A stretch of DNA of 64,000 nucleotides from Candidatus Aminicenantes bacterium (GTDB lineage Bacteria > Acidobacteriota > Aminicenantia > UBA2199). The notes under the pieces were generated by a model. That model made no database searches and had not been told where the DNA came from. It saw nothing but the letters and a program-made list of their open reading frames with translations. The stretch lies in contig JAFGSF010000002.1 in assembly GCA_016934745.1 (NCBI GenBank), positions 15,972-79,971 on the forward strand, read 5' to 3'. A program made the position numbers and the translations under genes. Below, piece after piece: positions 1 to 7,906 of this stretch (position 1 is the first letter of the stretch; every line of letters starts with the position of its first letter).

Positions 1-65
1 AGGTTTCTTCGACAGTGGTCTCTGATCTCAAATGGATCCATTCCCAGGCTTCCCCCTTGTCATGC

Positions 66-875
66 TTACCGGGGAAATGTCAGTACTGTGCCGACTCCCA
101 GAGGCAGGAAGCGCCCGGTGAACGCATTACGGAAAAATTCAATGGCCCGGTCACCCGTGCAGTGTGAAGCGCCGCAGCGCTCCACTCCGGCTGTTTTCAT
201 CGCGTCGATGATGGCGGCGATTTCCCTGTCATCTTTTCTCATTAGGTGAAAACCGCCTAGCACGACCCGTGGTTGACCGGAAACAACCTGATGGGCGCGG
301 CGCACTATTTCCAAGATGCCGGGATGTGCGCAACCGGTGATTACCAGTAGCCCATGTGATGTTTTTATTACTAGCGATTGTTCGCTGAAGGCAGGATCGA
401 AATCGGCAGGCATCTCTCCTGTGGAAAATACGTTGCGGCAGACCTGCCGTGCTTTACTGATCCGCAGCGGCAGACCGCCCCATTGACGGACCTTGGCCAA
501 ATAATCATCTTTGGCCATAGCCGGCAAATAGACCGGGATATCCCGTTTTTGGGACAGGATCCACTGAAGTCCTCCGATGTGGTCGCCGTGCAGGTGCGAG
601 ATGACGATCATGTTGATGCGGCTCAGGTCAACCTTCAGGCTCTCGATGTTCTTCTGCAGAATATCGGAACGGGTCCCGGTATCAAAAAGGATGGTTTTTT
701 CAGTTCCCTGCACCAGGCAGGAAAAACCCCAATCCGCCTGAACCCCCGTAACTGGTGTCACGTAATTGTCATAAAGAATGGTTATGCGTATTTCCACTTT
801 TCCATTGAGCGATTCCGACAGCAGGAAGACTATGGCCAAGATCGTGAAAATTAAACAAAGCTTGTTTTTGATCAT
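66..875 (-). CDS. Exported MBL-fold metallo-hydrolase
   Basis: LFDTG, SHLHGDHIGG, TGCAHPG, GGFH and SHCTG motifs; signal-peptide-like N-terminus; start moved to ATG 875 after GGAGG. Confidence 0.85.
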   Translation of the reverse strand: MIKNKLCLIFTILAIVFLLSESLNGKVEIRITILYDNYVTPVTGVQADWGFSCLVQGTEKTILFDTGTRSDILQKNIESLKVDLSRINMIVISHLHGDHIGGLQWILSQKRDIPVYLPAMAKDDYLAKVRQWGGLPLRISKARQVCRNVFSTGEMPADFDPAFSEQSLVIKTSHGLLVITGCAHPGILEIVRRAHQVVSGQPRVVLGGFHLMRKDDREIAAIIDAMKTAGVERCGASHCTGDRAIEFFRNAFTGRFLPLGVGTVLTFPR

Positions 876-1054
876 ATCTGCCTCCAGGAGAATTGTAACG
901 CCAAGTGTAGTGAAAATAAACAGCGGATGCTCGGGAATAAAAAAACGAAAAATCCGGATATTGTGACGATGACGGTACAAGCCAAAATAAAGATTTCCAA
1001 AGATGATGGAAATATGCAGGCGCATCAGCTATGATAAGTTATGGAGGGATTTCC

Positions 1055-1489
1055 ATGAACGAATTGGAAGAAAAAATATGGAAAATTCTTGGCAAAGCAC
1101 AGACCGCCGCCCTGGCTACGATCAGTGTGTCAGGCGCCCCCTGGGTGCGCTATGTGACCGTAAGGACGGAAAAAGATCTTTCCCTGAATTTCTGCACTGG
1201 CCTTTCCACGCGCAAGGCCGTCGAAATCGCCGCTAATCCGCTGGTACACCTCACCTGTGGCAATTTGCAGCCTCCCGATGACTCGGTTTTCCTGCAGATT
1301 GCCGGTCGCGCCGAAATACGCGCCGATGCGGCGACCAAGCACAAATACTGGCAGCAAGAATGGCGGCGTTATTTCACGGGGCCGGACGATCCAGACTATA
1401 TCATGGTTTTTATCAGACCCGTCCGCATGGAATACAACGGCCCCGGTTCATTTTTCCCGGAGGTTTGGGAAATACAAAAACAGCTTTGA
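1055..1489 (+). CDS. Pyridoxamine 5'-phosphate oxidase-like (general stress protein 26) FMN-binding protein
   Basis: LAT...PWVR, STRK..EI..NP.V and F.GPDDPDY pattern; GGAGG before ATG 1055. Confidence 0.8.
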   Translation: MNELEEKIWKILGKAQTAALATISVSGAPWVRYVTVRTEKDLSLNFCTGLSTRKAVEIAANPLVHLTCGNLQPPDDSVFLQIAGRAEIRADAATKHKYWQQEWRRYFTGPDDPDYIMVFIRPVRMEYNGPGSFFPEVWEIQKQL

Positions 1490-1560
1490 CCCTCTTCGAT
1501 CCGCAGTTCTCTGATCACAGCATTGTGAGTGAATTGAATGGGCGAAAAAAAACGGAATGC

Positions 1561-1728
1561 TTATTTTTTGGTACCGATTTCTTTTCCCTCGGGATTTTTC
1601 CGATTGTGCTTTTTTGGGTGAAAGGCACCGGCAAAGGGCACCAAGATAAAAAGGGCAGTCAGGACGCCATGCTTCAGTTTGGCAAGTATTCTGGACAGCA
1701 GTCCGGATTGCTTTTGGGGACCTTCCAT
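1561..1728 (-). CDS. Putative 55-aa small membrane protein (not in ORF track)
   Basis: MEGPQKQSGLLSRILAKLKHGVLTALFILVPFAGAFHPKKHNRKNPEGKEIGTKK; extended -10 TGGTAAAAT 6 nt upstream of ATG. Confidence 0.5.
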   Translation of the reverse strand: MEGPQKQSGLLSRILAKLKHGVLTALFILVPFAGAFHPKKHNRKNPEGKEIGTKK

Positions 1729-1811
1729 ATTGTAATTTTACCAGACCGCTGCCCTGTGAACAAACCGGGTTCTATGCCCTAGTCTGACTCCGTTTTTTGC
1801 GGCAGGTTTCT

Positions 1812-2348
1812 TTACACTTCAATGATTTTCCAGCCGTAGCAACCGATTATACGGGTTTGGCCGACAATCGTTTCCCTTTCCTCGTGCTGGTGACCGTGCA
1901 GGAGCAGGCGCGGCGCTGACCGTTCAATGTAAGCATTCAATGCGCTGAAGCCTGTATGGACCTCATCTTCGCGATCGTGGATTCGCCGTGGCGAGTTATG
2001 GGAAATGAAGATGTCCACGGCCGGAAAAGCCGCCATGAATGTTTCGATTTCCTCTTGATAGTAAAGAAATGGTCCCCGGGGCTTGTACTGCCAGCAGCCG
2101 TTTAATCCGCCGAAACGCAAAGATCCGATCTCCATAATGCGCAAATGCAGGTCGAAAATGGGTTTGGGGAAGGGAGCGTCCTCGTCATGGTTGCCTTTGA
2201 CCGCCAGCACGGACGGGCAGTGCCAGGATTCGGCGGCCTGCAAAATCACCGTATTGGCGATATCCCCCAGGGAAAGCAGTACATCGGCACGGCCTTGGCC
2301 TCCCGGCCAGACAAAATCGTCCATATCTGCCAGAACCAGCATCTTCAT
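1812..2348 (-). CDS. Calcineurin-like metallophosphoesterase
   Basis: LGD, KGNHD, SH and HGHQH motifs. Confidence 0.85.
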   Translation of the reverse strand: MKMLVLADMDDFVWPGGQGRADVLLSLGDIANTVILQAAESWHCPSVLAVKGNHDEDAPFPKPIFDLHLRIMEIGSLRFGGLNGCWQYKPRGPFLYYQEEIETFMAAFPAVDIFISHNSPRRIHDREDEVHTGFSALNAYIERSAPRLLLHGHQHEERETIVGQTRIIGCYGWKIIEV

Positions 2349-2429
2349 CGTCGGGTTTTTCCTATGCGTTGATCATAGCAGAAAAAAGCCGTGTTCCCTA
2401 GAAAAACGATATTTGTCATCCACAGGTGA

Positions 2430-3407
2430 CTATTTGGCCAAGCGCCTGCGCCCCAGGCGCACCAGGTTGACGACCAGGTCGTAGCCGATCACCAAAGCTA
2501 CCACCAGCAGTGTGACGACCAGGGAGCGGGTGCTCCATCCTTGCAGTTTTTCCGGCAGGTTCAGGAGGAAGAGATCGGTGTGCGGCCGTTCCAGTACCAG
2601 GCCGATCAGCACCAGGGCGGACGCATCCGCAAACGCGTTGACCCACCAGGCGGAGCGGCGCGGCAGGGCGAACAGCTTGATGAGCGAAACAAACGTTCCG
2701 GCGGCGAGCCCAATAATGACGGCCAGCGTCAGCAGCACCCCGGGCTCGGACTGCAGGAAGGGTTGGAGCGGGCCGGAGCTCCGCTTCGCGAGGAACAGCG
2801 TATGGTACTTGAGGAAAAGGTGGACGGCACCGGCCGTCAGGGCCAGCATGATCGCCGACCAGGCCGCCATCCCGATCCTGGCGGCCAGCGTCTTCAGGGC
2901 TGGCGCCTTCACCTCGTCGAGGTTGAATGCGAATTTCGGCCAGGGGAGACGGATCTCCCTGCCGCTGCGGGTGATGATGAACAGCACCAGGGCCACTAGG
3001 CCGAAGTCGGTCAGGAAAGCCATCGGCAGATACAGGATTGCTTCGACCAGGTTCATTCGCGGCACGAAGATGAATGGAAAGAAAACGGAGACGCTTCGTT
3101 TCAGTGCGACGGTCAAGGCGATGACCGCCAGATGGATGACGAATAAAAGGGAAGTATAGCGAAACAGGTGACGACGAAAGGCCGGGGCGATGATCGGCAT
3201 GCCATCAAGGTATTTTTCGGCTACCCACCGTGGTTTGCCGAAAGCGGCGATGACCTTTTCTAGGGACGCTTCGGTCACAGGGCCCGTTTCCTGTTCAGCT
3301 TTTTCCAGGATGTGACTGCGGATTTCAGAGAGTATTTCCTCCCGTTCGCTCCTGCCTGAAAGATAATGGCTGATCTCTTCAAGATAGTTCTCCAGGTTCT
3401 TATGCAT
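2430..3407 (-). CDS. HAAS-domain multi-pass membrane protein (paralog 2)
   Basis: N-terminal LENYLEEI...EILSEIRSHILE...FGKP..VA helical HAAS-like domain followed by several TM helices; GGAGG before ATG 3407. Confidence 0.75.
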   Translation of the reverse strand: MHKNLENYLEEISHYLSGRSEREEILSEIRSHILEKAEQETGPVTEASLEKVIAAFGKPRWVAEKYLDGMPIIAPAFRRHLFRYTSLLFVIHLAVIALTVALKRSVSVFFPFIFVPRMNLVEAILYLPMAFLTDFGLVALVLFIITRSGREIRLPWPKFAFNLDEVKAPALKTLAARIGMAAWSAIMLALTAGAVHLFLKYHTLFLAKRSSGPLQPFLQSEPGVLLTLAVIIGLAAGTFVSLIKLFALPRRSAWWVNAFADASALVLIGLVLERPHTDLFLLNLPEKLQGWSTRSLVVTLLVVALVIGYDLVVNLVRLGRRRLAK

Positions 3408-3411
3408 GCTT

Positions 3412-4413
3412 TTATCCTCCGAAAATCGATTTGCGATTCCCTGCTGCGTTCCGAGGCGAAACGGCATATTCCGGCTTGGCTTTGTCTCGGCCTTCCATGA
3501 ATATGGTGCGTAGCCTGCGCAGGATGTCGAAGGCCAGGAAGACCATGAGCATGACAATCACCCAGGCCGCCAGGTCGGCGACGACCATATGAGCGGATTC
3601 GATGAACAATTTCTCCTTAGGCAGGTTCAACGCCAGGCTGAAGCAGGCCATATATACTATGTCGCTCGCTAGATCGATCCAGAGTGAGCGGAAGCGCGCC
3701 CGCAGCAGCAATGAGATGATTTCCATGAGCAGCAATGCCAGAACGGCTAGCGACAGCCATTGGGAAAATGTAGGCTGCAAGAGCAGGCGCGGCTGGGTCT
3801 TGAGGTCGATGCGGCTGAAGAAAATCGTTCCCCAATGGCTGTAGGTTGCCAGCAAAAGCGCCAGCAGGATGGTCATGGACCAGAATTTCCATTTTTCACT
3901 ACTCCTGACCGTAACGGGCTTGAGGCCGCGTTTGAGGAATGCTGGCCAGGCGAGTCGTGGCTGCAGGGGATTTTGAGAGATGATATAGAGAAAAATGGCT
4001 ACAAGCCCAAAGTCGAAAATCCAGGTCAGGGGAAGTTCCCTGAGTAGTTCACTCAAACGGGTGATGCGAATGGTCAGGTCGAATGGCATGAGCGAGAATG
4101 AGGTGCCCAGCAATAACGAGATGATCTTCAAGCCATAATGAATGGAAAACAGAAGCCACGTGTAGGCAAAGAGAAAGCGGCGATAGGAAGGAATGATGAT
4201 GTGACTCCCCTCGAGGTATTTTTCTGCCACGGCATGCGGGGGGCCGAATCCGGCGATAGCCTCTGCCAGCGATTCTTCACTCAAGGGCAGGCCGTCGCCC
4301 CGGGCCTTCTCCAGGACATGGCTACGGATCTCGGCCAGGATGTCTTTTCCTTCCTTTGTTCTCCCTAGGTAATGACTGATCTCTTCTAGATAATTTTCCA
4401 GGTTTTTATACAT
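3412..4413 (-). CDS. HAAS-domain multi-pass membrane protein (paralog 1)
   Basis: Same N-terminal pattern (LENYLEEISHYL...EIRSH...FGPP..VAEKY) plus TM helices; start overlaps the PadR stop. Confidence 0.75.
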   Translation of the reverse strand: MYKNLENYLEEISHYLGRTKEGKDILAEIRSHVLEKARGDGLPLSEESLAEAIAGFGPPHAVAEKYLEGSHIIIPSYRRFLFAYTWLLFSIHYGLKIISLLLGTSFSLMPFDLTIRITRLSELLRELPLTWIFDFGLVAIFLYIISQNPLQPRLAWPAFLKRGLKPVTVRSSEKWKFWSMTILLALLLATYSHWGTIFFSRIDLKTQPRLLLQPTFSQWLSLAVLALLLMEIISLLLRARFRSLWIDLASDIVYMACFSLALNLPKEKLFIESAHMVVADLAAWVIVMLMVFLAFDILRRLRTIFMEGRDKAKPEYAVSPRNAAGNRKSIFGG

Positions 4414-4744
4414 TTTTATTCTCCATTGTAAGGTGCTTTATGATCTCGTCCTGTTTCTTCCATATGGTCAGTAGTCCGTCACGCATTTCTCGACCAGAAT
4501 CGGTGACTATATAAAATTTGCGCGGCCGTTCCTCGCCGATCTTCCATTTGCCCTGGATCAGGCCTTTGCTTTCCAGGCGGCGTAAAAGGGGATAGATAGT
4601 GTTCTCCTCGATTTCGTAGCCCAGGTCGCGGAAGGCGCGAACCATGGCGTAGCCGTAGGCGTCCTTTTCAAGGATGATTAGGACCAGGAGCTGCAGAAAG
4701 CCCCGCTTCATCTCGGTTTCGATGCTGCCGAGTTCATTGTCCAT
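4406..4744 (-). CDS. PadR family transcriptional regulator
   Basis: YGY, TIYPLLRRLE..GLI, RPRKFY..T..G; AAGGAGG before ATG 4744. Confidence 0.9.
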   Translation of the reverse strand: MDNELGSIETEMKRGFLQLLVLIILEKDAYGYAMVRAFRDLGYEIEENTIYPLLRRLESKGLIQGKWKIGEERPRKFYIVTDSGREMRDGLLTIWKKQDEIIKHLTMENKNV

Positions 4745-4881
4745 AATGGGGCCTCCTTGTTTTGCTGCGTACATACTGTTTGATGTTTGTAGGTAACATG
4801 ATATAATTATAACGTGCGATGCACAGTAATCCAACTATTTTTTATTTTTTATTAAATTTATTATCTTTTATAAATTACCCC

Positions 4882-7755
4882 TTAAGAAGGGCTCTTTCCG
4901 TGGATTTCAAAAGTTTTTATGGCAACGATTTGGCGACCGGCGCGCTTGACCTGGTATAGCAGGTCGTCGGATTGGGCCAGCACGGCGGCGGTGGTGGCGT
5001 TGCTTTGCGCCGGTACGGCTATGCCGCCACAAGAAGCGGTAACGATCACGATTGTGTCGCCCTCTTTCATCGCGCAGGAAACTTCGCTAATGCGGCCAAA
5101 TATCGCCCGCAGAGCCTCCAGATCGGCTCCGGGCAAAATTACAAGGAATTCGTCACCACCCAGGCGGCCGAGGGCGTCGCCCTCGCGCAGGCAACTCTGG
5201 ATCTTGACAGCCATCTCTTTGAGTGCCTGGTCGCCCGCGGCATGACCTAGGGTGTCATTGACCGCCTTGAAGCGGTTCAGGTCGATCATGATGCAACCCA
5301 GCTGCCGGTTGGAGCCGCGTTCGGGCTTCAGTTGCTTTTCCATGAAAGCGAGGATGGCCCGACGGTTGAACAGAGCGGTCAGCGGGTCATAAGTGGCCAG
5401 ATATTCGAGCTCGGCGGTGCGCTTGCCCACTTCGTTCTCCAGCTCGCGGTTGCGCCGGCGTAGCAGTAGGGTGCGCCAGTGGTAGATGCCGACGGCGGTG
5501 GCCAGGAGGAAAAGGAGCCCCCCCAGGCGGAACCAGGGCGTCATCCAGAAGGGGGGGGAGACGTGGATGGGCAGGGTGACCGTCTCGCCCCAGACGCCCG
5601 ATTCGTTTACCGGCTTCAGCTGTAGTCGCAGATCTCCGGGCGGAAGATTGGTATAACGCAACTCCTCAAGGCGGCTCAAGGAATTCCATTCGCTCTCCAT
5701 GCCGTCGAGTCGGTAGATGTAGCCAGTACGATTGCGATTGCGATAGGAGAGGACAGCGATGTTGAAAATGAGCGTCCGCTCATTCCAGGCCAGGTCCAAC
5801 TGCCCGGGAAATTCAATTGACCGGGAAGGCAGCCGGATTTTTTCAATCATCAAACGGGGCGGTTCTGTGTTGCGGTTGGAACTAGCCGGGTTGTACTGCG
5901 ACAGGCCGTTGACCGTGCCGATCCAGATCTCGCCCCTGGGATCGTTGTAGAAGCCGTTCCCATTGGTCTCCCAATCGGCCAGCCCGTCATCGGGGCTGAA
6001 GCCTTCCACCTCGTAATCGACGAGAAAGCGATAGACGCCACGTGCCGTATTGACCCAGATATTTCCCTTCCAGTCTTCGCCGATAAAAAAAACATGGTGG
6101 TTGCTGAAACCGGGGCGGTCGTTGAGCAGACGCCAGCGCCCGTCTGTTTCAAGGACCGCCAGGCCGTCGTCGCTGCCGGCCCAGAGGCGGCCGCTGCTGT
6201 CTTCGCAAATTGTGGAAATCGCATTGGACAATGGACAGGGCGAGACCACTGCAGTCAGGGTTTTGCCATCGCAGGCATACAAGCTGCTTTTGGCGGCGCT
6301 CTTGGAAGAATTCTTTGCCGCGACCCAGACACCACCGCTGTGGCGGCGTATTACGCGGGAAACATCGGTCAGGGATTCACCGGTCGGGGTTATGCCCCAT
6401 ATGTTCCAGCGTCCGCTGGCGTCGCGACGTGCCAACCCGCCCCCGCTCCAGATCCCGCAAACCCAGAAATTGTCCTGGCTGTCAACCGTCATGTCCCAGG
6501 GCACGGTGCGTGGAATGGGAAGATCTGGGGAAAGTTCGCGGATAGTTTTTTCTCCCTTCAAGCGATAACGGAGAGTTGTATCGGTCATGAACCAGATGGT
6601 CCCGTCTGAGGTGCGCTGCACTTTCCAAACCCAGTCGTTACCGAGGCCGTCTTTTGCCTGAACGATTTCCAGAACTTTGGGCAGAGGCCGTACCTGGTAG
6701 TGGACGGCGCCATGCAGGGTTCCCAGCCAGAGAGAATCGGCCGTAGCGCCGGGTGAGATGCCGAAGACGCAGGCGCTGGGTAGTCCCTGCTTCTCGGTGT
6801 GACTGATCCAGGCCATGCTGCCGAGACGGGCCAAGCCGCCGATATAAGTGGCGACCCACAGGTTGCCCTCACGATCTTCCAGCACGGTGTTGATGACATT
6901 AGAAGGCAGGCCGTTGTCCGTCCCCCAGTATTCCAGGGCAGACTGGCCCGGCCGCTTAATAATTAAGCCGTTGCCGTTGGTCGAAATGTACAGAGTTCCG
7001 GAAGGCTGCACCGACATCTGGTAAACGGTCCAGGCCGCTGCGCTTCCGCCTGGAAATGCTTCCCAGCCCGAGTCGTTGCGACGCCAGACGCCGTGGCCGT
7101 ATGTGCCCAGCCACAACCCTTCGGCGGTCAAGGCTAGGGCCCGGTATTTGTCTGTGGCGATAGCGGGCGGACCTGGAACGGCCGACGGCGATCCATCCAA
7201 GGGGAAGCGCCACATGCCGTTGTCGGCGGCCGCCAGGATGCCTTCACGGTCGGCCAGGAGGTCGTAAACCCGGGGCCCGCTACTGCTGCCGCCGGGATGA
7301 AAAACCGAGAATTTTCCATCGGCGAAAACGACCAAGCCGTTTTCGCTGCCGATCCACACCTGATTGCGGGCATCCTCAGCCAGAGCCAGGCATGGGATTG
7401 TGCTGAGAATCGGATCATCCACTATTTCCAGACTATGATTATTCCAGCGTGAAAGACCGCCAGCGGTTGCCACCCATACTGCGCCATCGCTGGATGCCAG
7501 CAATTCATTGATGCGAGCGCTGCGCAGTCCGTCTTCAATGAAAAAGCTCTTAAAGCGACTGCCATTGAAGCGGGCCAGTCCACCCCAGGTGCCAACCCAC
7601 AGATAGCCCTCAGTGTCCTGCGCCAGAGCCGTGACCTGCGACTGCGGGATACCTTCCTTCAAACCCAGTATTTCAAACGGCAGGACTTGGGACCGCAAAG
7701 GAATGGCCAGGGCCAGGAGCAAGATGGCCAGAATCGGGGAAGGTGGATTTTTCAT
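4882..7755 (-). CDS. Membrane-anchored diguanylate cyclase with periplasmic beta-propeller/Y_Y_Y sensor
   Basis: Signal peptide, repeated D..G.LWVGT..GL propeller repeats, YTNLPPG (Y_Y_Y), PPFW plus TM helix, DPLT, intact GGDEF and RxxD. Confidence 0.9.
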   Translation of the reverse strand: MKNPPSPILAILLLALAIPLRSQVLPFEILGLKEGIPQSQVTALAQDTEGYLWVGTWGGLARFNGSRFKSFFIEDGLRSARINELLASSDGAVWVATAGGLSRWNNHSLEIVDDPILSTIPCLALAEDARNQVWIGSENGLVVFADGKFSVFHPGGSSSGPRVYDLLADREGILAAADNGMWRFPLDGSPSAVPGPPAIATDKYRALALTAEGLWLGTYGHGVWRRNDSGWEAFPGGSAAAWTVYQMSVQPSGTLYISTNGNGLIIKRPGQSALEYWGTDNGLPSNVINTVLEDREGNLWVATYIGGLARLGSMAWISHTEKQGLPSACVFGISPGATADSLWLGTLHGAVHYQVRPLPKVLEIVQAKDGLGNDWVWKVQRTSDGTIWFMTDTTLRYRLKGEKTIRELSPDLPIPRTVPWDMTVDSQDNFWVCGIWSGGGLARRDASGRWNIWGITPTGESLTDVSRVIRRHSGGVWVAAKNSSKSAAKSSLYACDGKTLTAVVSPCPLSNAISTICEDSSGRLWAGSDDGLAVLETDGRWRLLNDRPGFSNHHVFFIGEDWKGNIWVNTARGVYRFLVDYEVEGFSPDDGLADWETNGNGFYNDPRGEIWIGTVNGLSQYNPASSNRNTEPPRLMIEKIRLPSRSIEFPGQLDLAWNERTLIFNIAVLSYRNRNRTGYIYRLDGMESEWNSLSRLEELRYTNLPPGDLRLQLKPVNESGVWGETVTLPIHVSPPFWMTPWFRLGGLLFLLATAVGIYHWRTLLLRRRNRELENEVGKRTAELEYLATYDPLTALFNRRAILAFMEKQLKPERGSNRQLGCIMIDLNRFKAVNDTLGHAAGDQALKEMAVKIQSCLREGDALGRLGGDEFLVILPGADLEALRAIFGRISEVSCAMKEGDTIVIVTASCGGIAVPAQSNATTAAVLAQSDDLLYQVKRAGRQIVAIKTFEIHGKSPS

Positions 7756-7761
7756 AATGAG

Positions 7762-7790
7762 AATATAGGGTTTTTAATCTCGGTTGTCAA
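7762..7790 (-). promoter_or_regulatory. Sigma70-type promoter, probably leaderless, for the DGC gene
   Basis: TTGACA-17-TATATT; -10 ends 6 nt before ATG 7755. Confidence 0.6.
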
Positions 7791-7906
7791 AAAAATGATT
7801 TAACTGATGCATTCCATCGTGCGAAAAAAAAAGAAGTAGTCTGCATTCTGGAAGGCGTCTGTAATTAATACTGACTTACTGGGTGCAACTGAATGATTGG
7901 CTCGCT

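Noticed and set aside
1-41. Possible minus-strand gene start (MDPFEIRDHCRRN) at the window edge
   Set aside because: Only 13 codons are visible; too little to support a call.
4772-4829. Possible PadR operator half-sites TACTGT and ACAGTA
   Set aside because: Neither site forms a convincing palindrome.
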